From NCBI GenBank assembly GCA_041649475.1, contig JBAZNA010000001.1, positions 814,594 to 878,593 of the forward strand: 64,000 nucleotides of DNA, written 5' to 3'. The notes beneath the pieces were generated by a model, which was not told the DNA's origin, did no database searches, and saw only the letters and a list, made by a program, of their open reading frames with translations. Position numbers and translations under genes: made by a program. This DNA comes from Patescibacteria group bacterium. GTDB taxonomy: Bacteria > Patescibacteriota > Patescibacteriia > Magasanikbacterales > GWA2-37-8. Every line of letters starts with the position of its first letter. Position 1 is the first letter of the stretch. Positions 37,179-48,548 of this stretch are shown here, in pieces.

Positions 37179-37188
37179 ATTGAAGATA

Positions 37189-38142
37189 TTATCTCCTAAC
37201 CCAGCCGATTAACCGGCTGACTATTCCCTCTTTATGCATTTTTTGGAACAAATATACCCACGCGCTCACTGTATAAGCGTTAAAAAACGCTCCCAAGGCC
37301 GCCAGGAGTACAAACCATAAGCCAATGCCCACAAAAAATCCGGCGGCGATAAGAGCCGTATAATTGGTAATGCCGGCCACCAGCCAAATCAAGATTGAAG
37401 GCAAGAAGGCCAAAAACGAGGTGATAAAAACCAGAGCCACTAATATAAAATTCATCAGCATCAAAAGCACGCCCGCCTCAAGAGAAACAAGCATGTGGCG
37501 GTGAAAAAGATTCCAGCTCTTTTTAATCGCACTGAAGAAACCCTTGCCGTCAACTACCGCGTAGCAGGCCGCGTAAATCGCAATCATAGAAATAAACAGA
37601 GCGATAAACAACACCGCAAAAATTACCAGAGCGATCAGGAGGCCGGAGACAAATGTGTTTGATGAAAAGAAATAATTAAAGATAACCCCGAGCAAAATTA
37701 TAAAAAATAATAACAGGACTTGCCGCACAATGCTGATAGCCAGTATCTCCCAAAAATTTTGCAAACCCTTTTTCCAGGCTTTGGCTATGGTGATGACTTT
37801 ATTGCCCTTAAACCACTCCGAAGCAAAATAAATAAGAGCGCCTTGCGATGTAACTGCCAGAAACGCCACAAACACAAAAAGGGCGGCCATTATTAAAAAT
37901 ACCAGGACAATGCCCAGTACGCCCCACAAACCGGTGGGCAGAGTTATCAGATATTGCGGAAATAAAGTTTGTATTCCCTGGTTTAAGCCGCTGGTAGCCA
38001 AGGTTCCAAATTGGCCGATAAAACTGCTGAAACCGAATTGCCCCAAAAAAATGGAAAGCAAACCGAAAATCCACAAAATTTTATTATGCCAAACGGCGTG
38101 CCAAGCTTGAACAAATGCCTGACGGTATGTTGGTTCCCTCAT
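37189..38142 (-). CDS. polytopic integral membrane protein, function unknown
   Basis: About 8 hydrophobic helices. Immediately downstream of pilB. Does not resemble PilC/GspF. Confidence 0.45.
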   Translation of the reverse strand: MREPTYRQAFVQAWHAVWHNKILWIFGLLSIFLGQFGFSSFIGQFGTLATSGLNQGIQTLFPQYLITLPTGLWGVLGIVLVFLIMAALFVFVAFLAVTSQGALIYFASEWFKGNKVITIAKAWKKGLQNFWEILAISIVRQVLLLFFIILLGVIFNYFFSSNTFVSGLLIALVIFAVLFIALFISMIAIYAACYAVVDGKGFFSAIKKSWNLFHRHMLVSLEAGVLLMLMNFILVALVFITSFLAFLPSILIWLVAGITNYTALIAAGFFVGIGLWFVLLAALGAFFNAYTVSAWVYLFQKMHKEGIVSRLIGWVRR

Positions 38143-38190
38143 ATTTAAAAAGTTAGAAGATTAACCAACAATATTATACCACAAATGAAG

Positions 38191-40020
38191 TTATCCGAGA
38201 ATTGTTTCCAGCTCTTCTTGTTCAAGCGTTTCTTTTTCAAGCAACACTTTAACCAAGCTTTCTAATTTATCCCGGTGTTTTTCTATTACCTCTTTGGCCC
38301 GGTTGGTGGCTTCAGAAAGCAAGGCATCAACTTCCCTGTCTATCATCTCGGCAGTTTTCTCGCTGTAATCTTTTTGTTCGGTAATCTCGCGGCCTAAGAA
38401 AATCATTTCATTGTGTTCGCCGAAAGTCCGCGGCCCCAGTTTGTCACTCATACCATAGCGCGTGACCATATCGCGCGCCACTTGCGTGGCGTTTTTAAGA
38501 TCAGCATACGGACCGGTTGAAATCATATCATCTCCATAAATCATTTTTTCAACCACATAGCCACCCAGTATCATGGCCAATTCATCTTTAAACTGCGCCA
38601 GGGTATGGTAATGCTTGTCTTCGGTCGGCATCTTTAAGGTATAGCCACCGGCCTGGCCGCGGGAAATAATAGAAACTTTTCGCACCTTATCGCCGTTCGG
38701 CAAATAATGACCGACAATGGCATGGCCTGATTCGTGGTAAGCGGTCATCTTCTTTTCCGCATCGGTAATTACCCTGTTTTTTCTTTCCGGACCAAGCAAG
38801 ACCTTTTCAATGCTTTCCAAAATTTCTGTCTGCCCAACTTGTTTTAAACCTCGGCGCACAGTGAGAATGGCCGCTTCATTTAACAAATTCGCCAAATCAG
38901 CGCCGGAAAATCCGGGTGTGCGTTCGGCAACCCTACGTAGCGAGACCTCTGTTGCCAAAGGTTTGCCGGTAGCGTGAATCGCCAGAATTTCTTCACGGTC
39001 TTTTATGTCAGGCATATCTAAAATAACTCGCCTATCAAATCTGCCCGGACGAAGCAAGGCCGGATCCAAAACATCAGGACGATTGGTGGCCGCCATTACG
39101 ATTACTCCCAAATTCGGATCAAACCCGTCCATTTCAACCAATATCTGATTAAGGGTTTGTTCGCGTTCATCATGGCCCCCGCCCAAACCGGCGCCCCGGC
39201 GCCTGCCAACCGCGTCTATTTCATCTATAAAAACAATGGCCGGAGCCGATTTCTTGGCTTTGCCAAAAAGATCGCGCACCCGGGAAGCGCCCACGCCGAC
39301 AAACATCTCCACAAATTCCGAACCGGACATGTTTAAAAACGGCACATTGGCTTCGCCGGCTACGGCTTTGGCTAAAAGTGTTTTGCCGGTTCCCGGACCG
39401 CCGACCAGAAGCACGCCTTTGGGAATTTTCGCTCCCATATCCGTAAATTTTTTCGGATCTTTCAAAAAATCAACTATTTCAATTAATTCTTGCTTGGCTT
39501 CTTTGACACCGGCCACATCTTTGAAAGTTTTTTTGCCTTTATTGTCATCCGGATTGGCCTGACGCGGATTGCTCTGGCCAAAGCCCATGGCCTTATTATT
39601 CATTCCCTGTACGCCTCTGGTCATGAAATAAAAGAAGAGCACAAAAATTATCAATGGAATAAGGGTTGGTAGTAAATTGATCGCCCAGTATGTCCAGGAA
39701 TTTTCCGCTTTAACATTAACTGTGATTTGACTTAGGGCATCAGAAGTTATGCCGTAGTTTTTAACAATGTCGCCAAAACTTTCGGTTGTCTCTTTTTGAA
39801 CGGTCTGCTGTTTGGCGTTTGTATCTTTCAAATTAACGGTAATGGTATCGCCGGAAATGGTGACGTCTTTTACTTTGCCGCCGTTAATTTCCGTTACCAG
39901 CTGGCTGGTGCTTATCGCCTCCGGAGTATTGTTTTGTCCACTTTTAAAAGCCCCTAAAACGGCCGCCAGCAAAAACAAAAGCAGAAATATGATGATGAAA
40001 TTTTTCAGGAAGTTTTTCAT
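38191..40020 (-). CDS. ftsH: ATP-dependent zinc metalloprotease FtsH
   Basis: AAA+ Walker [19 protein letters not shown] and zinc motif HESGHAIVG. Two N-terminal TM helices. Confidence 0.9.
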   Translation of the reverse strand: MKNFLKNFIIIFLLLFLLAAVLGAFKSGQNNTPEAISTSQLVTEINGGKVKDVTISGDTITVNLKDTNAKQQTVQKETTESFGDIVKNYGITSDALSQITVNVKAENSWTYWAINLLPTLIPLIIFVLFFYFMTRGVQGMNNKAMGFGQSNPRQANPDDNKGKKTFKDVAGVKEAKQELIEIVDFLKDPKKFTDMGAKIPKGVLLVGGPGTGKTLLAKAVAGEANVPFLNMSGSEFVEMFVGVGASRVRDLFGKAKKSAPAIVFIDEIDAVGRRRGAGLGGGHDEREQTLNQILVEMDGFDPNLGVIVMAATNRPDVLDPALLRPGRFDRRVILDMPDIKDREEILAIHATGKPLATEVSLRRVAERTPGFSGADLANLLNEAAILTVRRGLKQVGQTEILESIEKVLLGPERKNRVITDAEKKMTAYHESGHAIVGHYLPNGDKVRKVSIISRGQAGGYTLKMPTEDKHYHTLAQFKDELAMILGGYVVEKMIYGDDMISTGPYADLKNATQVARDMVTRYGMSDKLGPRTFGEHNEMIFLGREITEQKDYSEKTAEMIDREVDALLSEATNRAKEVIEKHRDKLESLVKVLLEKETLEQEELETILG

Positions 40021-40029
40021 ACACAACTA

Positions 40030-41184
40030 TTATACGGCCTTTTCTTCTTCTTTAACAGCTTCTTCTTTAGTAGCTTCCTTAATGGTCTCGGCTTTCTTGG
40101 CGGTTTTGCCTTTAACTCCGGCCAAGCGCAAACCCAAACGGTGTTCCGGCGGTTCCAGCGACATGATTTCAAATTCAGCTGATTGGCCTAATTTGAATTT
40201 ATCATTTATATTGGCAATTGCTTCATCGGAAAGCTCGGAGATGTGCGCCAACCCGTGGATGTCTTTATCCAAAGCCACCATCAGGCCGAATGGTTCAATC
40301 TTGATTATCTTGCCCATCACCTTGTCGCCAACCTTATATTTGTCCTTGGCCAATTTCCACGGATCTTCAACCAATCGTTTGATTGATAAATATATTTTTG
40401 ATTTATCAAGCTGAATGATTTGGGCCTTAACCGCATCACCGACTTTCAAAATATCTTTCGGATGATCAATTCTCTGCCAGGCAATTTCGGAAATATGCAC
40501 CAAACCTTCCAAATCCTGACCAAATTTTACGAAGGCGCCAAAAGATGTCAGAGCGCTGACTTCGCCGTCAATTACATCACCCACTTTGTATGATTCCAAA
40601 ACGGCTTTTTGCGCGTCTTCCCAAACCGCTTTTTCAGAGACAATCAATTTTTCTTCTTTTTCATTAACATCAATCACTTTCACTTCCAATTCCTTGCCTA
40701 CCAGTTCGCGCAGTTTTTCCAAAATACGATTTTTATCACCGCCGGCCACTCTTGGATAATGTTCCGGGCTAAGTTGCGACACCGGCATAAAACCGGCCAG
40801 GGCCTCAACCTGCATCATAATACCGCCCTTGTTGGCCGACAAAACTTTTGATTTAATCGTCAGACCGTCTTTCAGCCATTTCTTCATACTGTCCCAAACA
40901 CGCTGATAGCCGGCAATGCGGAAGGAAAGTTCCATCTCGCCATTTTCATTTTCCAATTCCAAAACCGTAGCTTCCACTTCATTACCAACTTTTAAATTGG
41001 CATATTCGGCTGATTCGGAAAATAACTCGCGACCACGAACAACACCGACGGTCAGTCCGTCAATATCAACATGGATTTCGCCTTTATCAATGGAAATTAT
41101 TTTACACTTAACCACATCCCCTTCTTTGGGAATAGTCAGCGGATTGGCCTGTAGCAATGTTTTAAAATCTGTCATATTAAACAA
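40030..41184 (-). CDS. rpsA: 30S ribosomal protein S1 (four S1 domains)
   Basis: Repeated S1 OB-fold motifs (GDVVKCKIISIDKGEIHVD, GDVIDGEVSALTSFGAFVKF, GDKVMGKIIKIEPFGLMVAL). Confidence 0.8.
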   Translation of the reverse strand: MFNMTDFKTLLQANPLTIPKEGDVVKCKIISIDKGEIHVDIDGLTVGVVRGRELFSESAEYANLKVGNEVEATVLELENENGEMELSFRIAGYQRVWDSMKKWLKDGLTIKSKVLSANKGGIMMQVEALAGFMPVSQLSPEHYPRVAGGDKNRILEKLRELVGKELEVKVIDVNEKEEKLIVSEKAVWEDAQKAVLESYKVGDVIDGEVSALTSFGAFVKFGQDLEGLVHISEIAWQRIDHPKDILKVGDAVKAQIIQLDKSKIYLSIKRLVEDPWKLAKDKYKVGDKVMGKIIKIEPFGLMVALDKDIHGLAHISELSDEAIANINDKFKLGQSAEFEIMSLEPPEHRLGLRLAGVKGKTAKKAETIKEATKEEAVKEEEKAV

Positions 41185-41266
41185 AAAAAATTTTCTTAGC
41201 CCCTCTCAAATCTTAGTTGAAATGGAGTTTTCTCCGCTAAAATTGGGAGAAATTTAGTGTAATTGG

Positions 41267-41295
41267 ATTATACCGCAACCCTGCAAATTTGTCAA
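41267..41295 (-). promoter_or_regulatory. sigma70-type promoter for rpsA (TTGACA-17-TATAAT)
   Basis: Minus-strand reading is TTGACAaatttgcagggttgcggTATAATcc. Perfect consensus. Confidence 0.6.
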
Positions 41296-41333
41296 TAAAA
41301 AAGGGCTAAGCCGCACGAAGACGGATTAGCCGG
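41296..41333 (-). terminator. putative terminator after the small GC-rich ORF
   Basis: Minus strand is cccGGCTAAtccgtcttcgtgcggcTTAGCCc followed by TTTTTT. A 6-bp stem with a large loop, moderate quality. Confidence 0.4.
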
Positions 41334-41367
41334 GACGGGACTGCCGGGACTAAGGAGCAGAGGCGCA

Positions 41368-41535
41368 CTAGGTCAGCCGGGGATCCTTCTCCGGAGGCGG
41401 AGGATCAAGCTGTACCTGCACCCCTTGAGGAGGAGGCACGATCCGCTGAAACGGGCTCGTGTCATCGGTATCAATGGAACCAGAAACCGGTTCCGGGTTA
41501 TTGCCGACCGTGTTGTCGTCCTCTTCGTATTTCAT
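41368..41535 (-). CDS. small (55 aa) acidic, Pro-rich protein encoded in a GC-rich island
   Basis: Minus-strand ORF MKYEEDDNTVGNNPEPVSGSIDTDDTSPFQRIVPPPQGVQVQLDPPPPEKDPRLT with SD GGGAGGA 5 nt before the ATG. Local GC about 60% against about 40% flanks. Shorter than the ORF-track cutoff. Confidence 0.45.
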   Translation of the reverse strand: MKYEEDDNTVGNNPEPVSGSIDTDDTSPFQRIVPPPQGVQVQLDPPPPEKDPRLT

Positions 41536-41590
41536 CTACATCCTCCCTTGAAAGGGTTGCGGATAAAGTGGCAGGGCTAAATTATATAAT

Positions 41591-41616
41591 AAAAAAATAA
41601 GCCCGTCAATGGGCTT
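41591..41616 (-). terminator. rho-independent terminator of uvrC
   Basis: Minus-strand hairpin AAGCCCattgacGGGCTT followed by ATTTTTTT. Confidence 0.6.
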
Positions 41617-41638
41617 ATCTCATGCACAAAATATTAAT

Positions 41639-42787
41639 TTAAATTTTTCCACGGCGGCGGCGATGCGCTTTAATTGCAAATCTGTGCGCCTCGTCCCGGG
41701 TACGAAGCAGTGCACGCCGGTTTATTTCGGACAATTCTTTAAAATTTGGTTTCGTGCCGACCGGAAAAATTAATTTATCATTTTGAAATTTTGAAATTCC
41801 CAGCATCGGGATAGCAATACGATTTTTGTCCAAAACTTTGGCGACAAAATCAACCTGCGGTTTGCCGCCGTCAATTAAAATCAAATCCGGCCGCGGCCAC
41901 TCCGGATGTTTAAAACGCCTTTCCACCATTTCTTTTAAAGATTCTAAGTCATTGTTGGTGACCGTGCGGATTTTAAATAATCTATATTGCGAATTGTCCG
42001 GCTGGCCATTTGTCAGTACCACCATTGACCCGTAACTTTCTTTGCCGGCAAAATGAGAAATATCATACCCTTCTATTCTGTGGAAGGTGACCGGCCCGAC
42101 ATCCTCGCGTGAAATTAAAGTGACATCCTGAATGTGTTTTAAAGCCGCGGCTGCGGATGGATTTTCCTTAGCTAATTTTTTTAATAATCTTTTTTTCTCG
42201 CCTTTTAAAAATAAAATAATATTATCAATATTTTTTTGATAATCTTCTTTTGAAATTGCGCCGACGCACGCGCCCGGACACAGGCCGATATGATAATCAA
42301 AACATGCCCTGCCTGAAAGCGGCTTGCATGTGCCATACGGGAAAACGCGGCGAATAATTTTCAAAGCATTTTTTATGATTGTCTGGCTTTGATACGGCCC
42401 GAAAATTTTGGCCGAAGACGGCGGAAATTTTTCCAGTTCCCGGCCGCGCACAATGAGCGGCCTGGGGTAATCAATTTTGGGAATGACTAAAAAAATAAAC
42501 GAACGGTTGTCTTTATCTTTCACATTATATTTTGGCCAATATTTTTTTATCAGATTCGCCTCCAGCACAATCGCGTCCAGTACTGTCTCAACCTTGTGAT
42601 GCCTGATTTTTTTGGCCTTGCTCACCATTTCACCGATGCGCGGATCTGTGTCGGGTCGGAAATACTGCGAAACACGCCGGCGCAAAGATGTGGCTTTGCC
42701 GACATATAAAGGTTTATTATTCTTATCAATGAAAATATAAACCCCCGGCGTCAGTGGCAATTTTTTAACTTGATCTGATAATGACAT
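41639..42787 (-). CDS. uvrC: excinuclease ABC subunit C, short form lacking the C-terminal (HhH)2 domain
   Basis: N-terminal GIY-YIG (PGVYIFIDKNNKPLYVGKATSLRRRV), Cys cluster (CFDYHIGLCPGAC) and RNase-H-like endonuclease domain (IDGGKPQ). 382 aa. Confidence 0.75.
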   Translation of the reverse strand: MSLSDQVKKLPLTPGVYIFIDKNNKPLYVGKATSLRRRVSQYFRPDTDPRIGEMVSKAKKIRHHKVETVLDAIVLEANLIKKYWPKYNVKDKDNRSFIFLVIPKIDYPRPLIVRGRELEKFPPSSAKIFGPYQSQTIIKNALKIIRRVFPYGTCKPLSGRACFDYHIGLCPGACVGAISKEDYQKNIDNIILFLKGEKKRLLKKLAKENPSAAAALKHIQDVTLISREDVGPVTFHRIEGYDISHFAGKESYGSMVVLTNGQPDNSQYRLFKIRTVTNNDLESLKEMVERRFKHPEWPRPDLILIDGGKPQVDFVAKVLDKNRIAIPMLGISKFQNDKLIFPVGTKPNFKELSEINRRALLRTRDEAHRFAIKAHRRRRGKI

Positions 42788-42790
42788 GGC

Positions 42791-44005
42791 TTAAGGTTGA
42801 AGAATATCCTCGGTGCGGCCGTCAATGGAAATGACGACGTTTTGCACGGTTGGAAATTGTTTTAAAGTGTTGGTGATTTCTGACCTGATCGCAGTCACCC
42901 GGCAGGAACCGCCCACGCCCTGCTCAAGCGCCTCGTTAAAATCAACTTGAGCGGTCCCGTTGGCAATAGTCAAACTTTGGATTTGCACCTCGGAATTAAT
43001 AATATTTGTAATATACCCCCGCGTTTTCTCTGTTGCTGTCGGTCCTTTTAATAATTCTTCCAAAGCCGCGCGGGCCACAGCTTGAGTTTTTGGAATTATT
43101 CTGTTTACCGCATAAACCTTACTGCAATCAAGCAAATTCGGATCAAATTTATCATTATTAAAGAATACCTTTACGGTCATATTCTGGGTTGCGGACTTTT
43201 TTATAACCACCGGCAAACGAAACTGCGCATTGCGAAGCGGGTCGCCGCTGGGATTTTCGTTGGTGAAAACCAGAGTGCCGTTTTGATCTTTGCTTGAATT
43301 AAAATTCAGGGTTGTTTCAAATTGAGTCGGCAATTGTGTCCAATCAGTTTTGGCGGTTAAAGGGGAAATTCCTAAACTATTACCCATCTCGTCCAATAAA
43401 ATTACTGATCCAACCTGACCTTCAAAACCGCTCCAGCCGTTTCCGGTAACAGTGCCGGAAATCGTTACGGGTGAACTTACACTGACGTCCGGCAATGGCG
43501 CGGTGACAGTTATGCCAACAGCTTCGGCTTTATATACCAAGGGCACTTTTACTAAATCCTGCTCACTGCCGTCTTTGGCAGACAAATCATAAACCTCCAA
43601 AATTAAATTCGTGCCATCAGCTAAATTCGGCAAAGCAACTACTTTTTGGAAATCCCCAAATTGGCCGGCATCTTTAGCATTGGCCGTAACTGTGCTTTCG
43701 TATACTTTAAGGTTGTTAAAAGTCAGCACGCGGATATTAAACTGATTCTCAAAAACTCTGGCATAACCCGTAACCGTAAACTTGCTGCCGACTACATCAT
43801 TCATATACGGCAAATTCACGATGATATTTTTGGAATTTTGATTGGGTTCACAGCCGGTTGTCGGCTGGGCGGCAGATGGCATTCCGTGTTTTATCCATTG
43901 GCCGTTTTGACAAATCCAGGTATCTTCACCGGTTAAAAATCTGGCGCCAAAAACAAATAACAACAGAACAATGAGTATGCCCAACACGATGATGACTGCT
44001 TTTTT
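42791..44005 (-). CDS. secreted GerMN/Gmad2-domain protein
   Basis: Signal/TM MKKAVIIVLGILIVLLLFVF. Gmad2-like Ig domain (VGSKFTVTGYARVFENQFNIRVL) and C-terminal GerMN-like domain (NGTAQVDFNEALEQGVGGSCRVTAIRSEI). Start trimmed to avoid a uvrA overlap. Confidence 0.5.
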   Translation of the reverse strand, partial: KKAVIIVLGILIVLLLFVFGARFLTGEDTWICQNGQWIKHGMPSAAQPTTGCEPNQNSKNIIVNLPYMNDVVGSKFTVTGYARVFENQFNIRVLTFNNLKVYESTVTANAKDAGQFGDFQKVVALPNLADGTNLILEVYDLSAKDGSEQDLVKVPLVYKAEAVGITVTAPLPDVSVSSPVTISGTVTGNGWSGFEGQVGSVILLDEMGNSLGISPLTAKTDWTQLPTQFETTLNFNSSKDQNGTLVFTNENPSGDPLRNAQFRLPVVIKKSATQNMTVKVFFNNDKFDPNLLDCSKVYAVNRIIPKTQAVARAALEELLKGPTATEKTRGYITNIINSEVQIQSLTIANGTAQVDFNEALEQGVGGSCRVTAIRSEITNTLKQFPTVQNVVISIDGRTEDILQP

Positions 44006-44048
44006 CATATAAATTGATGAGTTATTTATTATAAATTTAGTATACTCC

Positions 44049-46553
44049 TTACAAATATTCCCGCAAATACATGCCCGTGTATGAATTCGGGTTGTCGGAC
44101 AGTTCTTCGGGCGTGCCTTTGGCCACGATCTTTCCCCCGCCATCCCCACCTTCCGGGCCCAAATCAATCACATAATCGGCCGATTTTATAATATGCAAAT
44201 TGTGTTCAATCAAAACCACTGAATTTCCTTTATCCACCAATTTGTTTATCACCTGCAATAATAATTCAATGTCATAGTAGTGCAAACCAACAGTCGGCTC
44301 ATCTAATAGATATAAAGTTTTTTTGCCCAGAGGCGCAGTGAGTTCGCGCGCGAGTTTAATTCTCTGCGCTTCTCCGCCGGAGAGCGTGGTGGCGCTTTGG
44401 CCCAGTCGCAAATACCCCAAACCGACTTCCTGCAGAACTTTCAACTTGTCGGTGATAAAATAAATATTTTCAAAAAATTTCAAGGCCTCGGTAACGGTCA
44501 TTTCCAAAACCTGGCTGATATTTTTATTCTTATATTTTACCTGCAGGGTTTCACGATTAAATCTTTTGCCGCGACAAACCTCACAGGGCACAAAGACCGT
44601 GGGCATGAAGTGCATTTCTATAGTGTTGAATCCGGCGCCATCGCAGGCCTCACAACGGCCGCCGGGCACATTAAATGAAAATCTTGAATGGGTATAACCG
44701 CGCATTCTTGAGTCCTCCAGATTGGCAAAAAAATCTCTGATCGGTGTGAAAATGCCGGTATAAGTGGCCGGATTTGAGCGCGGAGTGCGGCCAATTGGCG
44801 ATTGATCAACAATGATCGCCTTATCAACATATTCGGTGCCGGTGATTTTGCTGATATTATCCAGATGCGGCAGACGGTTTTTTATTTTTACCAGATTTTC
44901 GTAAAGAGTGTCGTAAAGTAAGGTGGATTTGCCGCTGCCGGACACGCCGGTGATACAGACAAATTTTCGCAAAGGAATTTCCGCGGTCAGATTTTTTAAA
45001 TTATTCTGGCGCGCGCCCGTGATTTTTATTTCCTCGGTTTCTTTCCAGCGACGTTTGCGCGGAACCTCAATCTTTTTTTTGCCATTAAGATATTCCAAAG
45101 TTAATGATCTTGTTTCTTCGGGCGGATCAGACAACGCTTTTTTAATATCGCCAATAAACACAACCTCGCCGCCATGTTCACCCGCTTTTGGTCCGAGGTC
45201 TACTAAATAATCGGATTCTTTTATGGTTCTCTCATCGTGTTCAACAATTAAAACCGTATTCTTTGCTTCGCGCAAAGATTTTAAAGTTTTTATCAATTTT
45301 TCCGTGTCACGTTCGTGCAAGCCAATAGTCGGCTCATCAAGCACATACAGGGTATTGGAAAGTTTTGAACCGATCTGCGAAGCCAGCCGGATTCTTTGCG
45401 CCTCACCGCCGGACAAGGTGTATGACTCGCGCGCCAGAGTGATATAATCCAAACCGACCTCAAGCAAAAATTTCAACCGGTCGCAAATTTCCTTCACCGT
45501 GTTTTCAGCGATTATTTTCTGGCGCTCGGTTAATTTTTTTCCGTAGTCAACAAAAAACTTGTGCGCTTCGTCTATGGTTAAGGAAGTTACTTCGTGTATA
45601 TTTTTATTTTTTATCCTGACAGATAGCGCCTCCGGTTTAAGACGTTTGCCCTGGCATTCATCGCAAATTTCTTCGGAAAATATTTCTTTTTTACCCAAGC
45701 CGTGGCAAACTTCACAAGCTCCGGCCGGACTGTTAAAAGAAAATAAACGCGGTTCAATTTCCGGAAAAGAAAACCCGTCTTCCGGGCAGGACCAGTTGCT
45801 GGATAACAATCTTTCGTGTTCGCCATCGCGATTTTCTTTAAATAAAACCAAAACCAAACCCTTGCTGTGAGTGAGCGCGTTTTCAACTGCTTCAAACAAG
45901 CGGGTCTCATCGCTAATCATTACCCTGTCCATCACAATATCTATGTCATGCACTTTATATCGCGATAATTTTATTGGATCGTGGAGAGAAACGATTTTTC
46001 CATCAACCCGCGCCTGATCAAAACCCTCGTTTAAAAAATCATAAAGCAACTGATAATATTCGCCTTTGCGGCCGCGCACCACCGGCGACAAAATTGTCAC
46101 AGTTTTTTCCTTAAATTCTTCGCCCAAGTTAATAATAATATCAATCATTTCTTCCACGGAAAGTTTTTCTATTTTCGTGCCGTCGTTTGGGCAATATACT
46201 TCGCCCATGCGGGCGTATAAAACCCTCAAATAATCATAAATTTCAGTTAAAGTGCCCACAGTTGAACGCGGATTATGCGACAGCGCTTTCTGGTCTATAG
46301 CAATGGCTGGCGACAATCCGACAATATCATCAACGTCGGCGCGCTCCATCTGACCCAAAAACTGACGTGCGTATGGCGACAATGATTCAATATACCGGCG
46401 CTGGCCTTCGGCAAAAATCGTATCAAAAGCCAGCGACGATTTGCCGCTGCCCGATACGCCGGTGATAACTGTAATTTTTTCCTTGGGAATTTCCAAAGAA
46501 ATATTTTTCAGATTATGCACCCGCGCGCCTTTGATTGTGATTTTGTTTTCCAT
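44049..46553 (-). CDS. uvrA: excinuclease ABC subunit A (compact 834-aa form)
   Basis: Two ABC ATPase modules ([14 protein letters not shown] and [14 protein letters not shown]) and zinc-finger Cys clusters. Confidence 0.9.
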   Translation of the reverse strand: MENKITIKGARVHNLKNISLEIPKEKITVITGVSGSGKSSLAFDTIFAEGQRRYIESLSPYARQFLGQMERADVDDIVGLSPAIAIDQKALSHNPRSTVGTLTEIYDYLRVLYARMGEVYCPNDGTKIEKLSVEEMIDIIINLGEEFKEKTVTILSPVVRGRKGEYYQLLYDFLNEGFDQARVDGKIVSLHDPIKLSRYKVHDIDIVMDRVMISDETRLFEAVENALTHSKGLVLVLFKENRDGEHERLLSSNWSCPEDGFSFPEIEPRLFSFNSPAGACEVCHGLGKKEIFSEEICDECQGKRLKPEALSVRIKNKNIHEVTSLTIDEAHKFFVDYGKKLTERQKIIAENTVKEICDRLKFLLEVGLDYITLARESYTLSGGEAQRIRLASQIGSKLSNTLYVLDEPTIGLHERDTEKLIKTLKSLREAKNTVLIVEHDERTIKESDYLVDLGPKAGEHGGEVVFIGDIKKALSDPPEETRSLTLEYLNGKKKIEVPRKRRWKETEEIKITGARQNNLKNLTAEIPLRKFVCITGVSGSGKSTLLYDTLYENLVKIKNRLPHLDNISKITGTEYVDKAIIVDQSPIGRTPRSNPATYTGIFTPIRDFFANLEDSRMRGYTHSRFSFNVPGGRCEACDGAGFNTIEMHFMPTVFVPCEVCRGKRFNRETLQVKYKNKNISQVLEMTVTEALKFFENIYFITDKLKVLQEVGLGYLRLGQSATTLSGGEAQRIKLARELTAPLGKKTLYLLDEPTVGLHYYDIELLLQVINKLVDKGNSVVLIEHNLHIIKSADYVIDLGPEGGDGGGKIVAKGTPEELSDNPNSYTGMYLREYL

Positions 46554-46576
46554 AGTTCAAGCCCAAAGGGCTTCTA

Positions 46577-48436
46577 TTAATCCCCCTCCACATCCAAAAA
46601 CTGTTCAATGTTTTTCTTAATCGTCTGCGGAGTAATTTTGTGTTTTTTGTTATAGGCCAACTGCTTTTCACGCCGGCGATCAACTTCCTCAATCGCCCGT
46701 TTCATTGAACCGGTAATATTATCCGCATACAAAATCACCTTGCCGCTCACATTGCGCGCGGCTCGGCCCATGGTCTGCATCAAAGACGACTCGCTACGCA
46801 AAAATCCTTCCCTGTCCGCGTCCATAATCGCGACCAAAGTCACTTCCGGCAAATCCAAACCCTCGCGCAATAAATTCACGCCGACCAAAACATTAAATTC
46901 ACCTTTTCTGAAATTCATCAGAATTTCCGTGCGCTCAAAGGTCTTTATATCCGAATGCAGATAATTCGCCTTATAACCTTTTTTATTTAAAAATTCATGC
47001 AGATCCTCGGCCATTTTTTTGGTCAGCACATTTACAATCGCTCGCTCGCCGTTTTTGACGATCCCGTCAATTTCTTTCATCAGATCATCAATCTGGCTGT
47101 TATTGGTTTTCTTATCAAATACCGGTCGCACTTCAACCGGCGGATCAATCAAACCGGTCGGCCGAATCACCTGCTCGGCAATCTGCACGCTGTGGCGCAG
47201 TTCAAAATCCCCGGGCGTGGCCGTGGTAAAAATCACCTGTCCCACCCGATCTTCAAATTCGGAAAATTTTAAGGGACGGTTGTCCAAAGCCGACGGCAAG
47301 CGCCAACCATATTGGGTGAGCACTTCCTTGCGACTTTTATCACCTTCATACATTCCCCTCACCTGCGGCACGCCGATATGCGACTCGTCTATGATTGTTA
47401 AAAACTCCGGCTGACGCTTTCCATCTCGGCCGTTTTTCCACGGAAAATACGCAAGCAAAGTGTCGGGCGGCTCGCCGGCCAATTTTCCGGCCAAATGCCG
47501 GGAATAATTTTCCACGCCGTGACAATATCCCAAGGTCTTGAGCATTTCCATATCATATTTGGTCCGGCGTTCCAACCTTTCGGCCTCAAGATATAATCCA
47601 TTTTTGTTAAAATATTCCAGACGCTCTTTTAATTCTTTTTTGATGTTGCCTATCGCCTCGCGAAGTTGCGGTTCGGTGCTGATAAAATGTTTGGGTGGAA
47701 AAATAACAATCTCATTTAAATTTTGATTTATTTTTCTGGTCAGCGCATCCACAATACTGATTTCAGAAACTTTTTGTTCATTTAATTCAATCCGATAAAC
47801 AACATTTTCCGATGCCGGCATTATTTCAAAAACATCCCCGTGCACTCTGAATTTACTTCGCGTCAAAGCGCCCGGCGTGCGGGCAAACTGGATTTTCACC
47901 AACTGGCGGATCAAATCCCCGCGTGTAATCGGCTGGCCGACTTCCAAATGCAAAGACGAACCCAAATAATTTTCCGGCACACCCAAGTTGTAGATGCAGG
48001 AAACAGAAGCCACAATAATCACGTCACGGCGGGTGGAAAGCGCGCTGGTGGCCTGATGGCGCAAACGGTCTATCTCCTCGTTGATCATTGCTTCCTTTTC
48101 TATATATGTATCACTCGTCGGCATATATGCCTCGGGCTGATAATAGTCGTAATAGGAAACAAAATAATTGACCGAGTTTTCCGGAAAAAAATTTTTATAC
48201 TCACGGTAGAGCTGGGCGGCCAGGGCCTTGTTGGGCGCCATCACCAAAACCGGCATATCAAAACTGGCGATGACATTAGCCACCGTAAAGGTCTTGCCCG
48301 AGCCGGTTACGCCCAAAAGGGTTTGATACCTGTCTCCCTTCTTAACCCCGTCAATTAATTTTTTAATTGCCTGGGGCTGGTCGCCGGCTGGCTTGTATTG
48401 TGAGTGGAGTTTAAATAATGACATAAATTTGCCCAA
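46577..48436 (-). CDS. uvrB: excinuclease ABC subunit B
   Basis: Helicase motif [20 protein letters not shown]-like ESH motif, and C-terminal UvrB/UvrC interaction region. Confidence 0.9.
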   Translation of the reverse strand: MGKFMSLFKLHSQYKPAGDQPQAIKKLIDGVKKGDRYQTLLGVTGSGKTFTVANVIASFDMPVLVMAPNKALAAQLYREYKNFFPENSVNYFVSYYDYYQPEAYMPTSDTYIEKEAMINEEIDRLRHQATSALSTRRDVIIVASVSCIYNLGVPENYLGSSLHLEVGQPITRGDLIRQLVKIQFARTPGALTRSKFRVHGDVFEIMPASENVVYRIELNEQKVSEISIVDALTRKINQNLNEIVIFPPKHFISTEPQLREAIGNIKKELKERLEYFNKNGLYLEAERLERRTKYDMEMLKTLGYCHGVENYSRHLAGKLAGEPPDTLLAYFPWKNGRDGKRQPEFLTIIDESHIGVPQVRGMYEGDKSRKEVLTQYGWRLPSALDNRPLKFSEFEDRVGQVIFTTATPGDFELRHSVQIAEQVIRPTGLIDPPVEVRPVFDKKTNNSQIDDLMKEIDGIVKNGERAIVNVLTKKMAEDLHEFLNKKGYKANYLHSDIKTFERTEILMNFRKGEFNVLVGVNLLREGLDLPEVTLVAIMDADREGFLRSESSLMQTMGRAARNVSGKVILYADNITGSMKRAIEEVDRRREKQLAYNKKHKITPQTIKKNIEQFLDVEGD

Positions 48437-48548
48437 TACGCCAAAACGCCCGATTGCTCGGTGTAACTGGGGGTATGTTAGTATGAATTGGTTGGTTTGT
48501 CAAACAAAAAACAGAGCCCAAACAGGGCCCTGTTTCGCTATAAAAATC

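Noticed and set aside
37189-38142. Calling the polytopic membrane protein downstream of pilB as PilC/GspF platform protein
   Set aside because: It has ~8 short hydrophobic helices and lacks the duplicated cytoplasmic GspF domains (~400 aa with 3-4 TM) expected of PilC.
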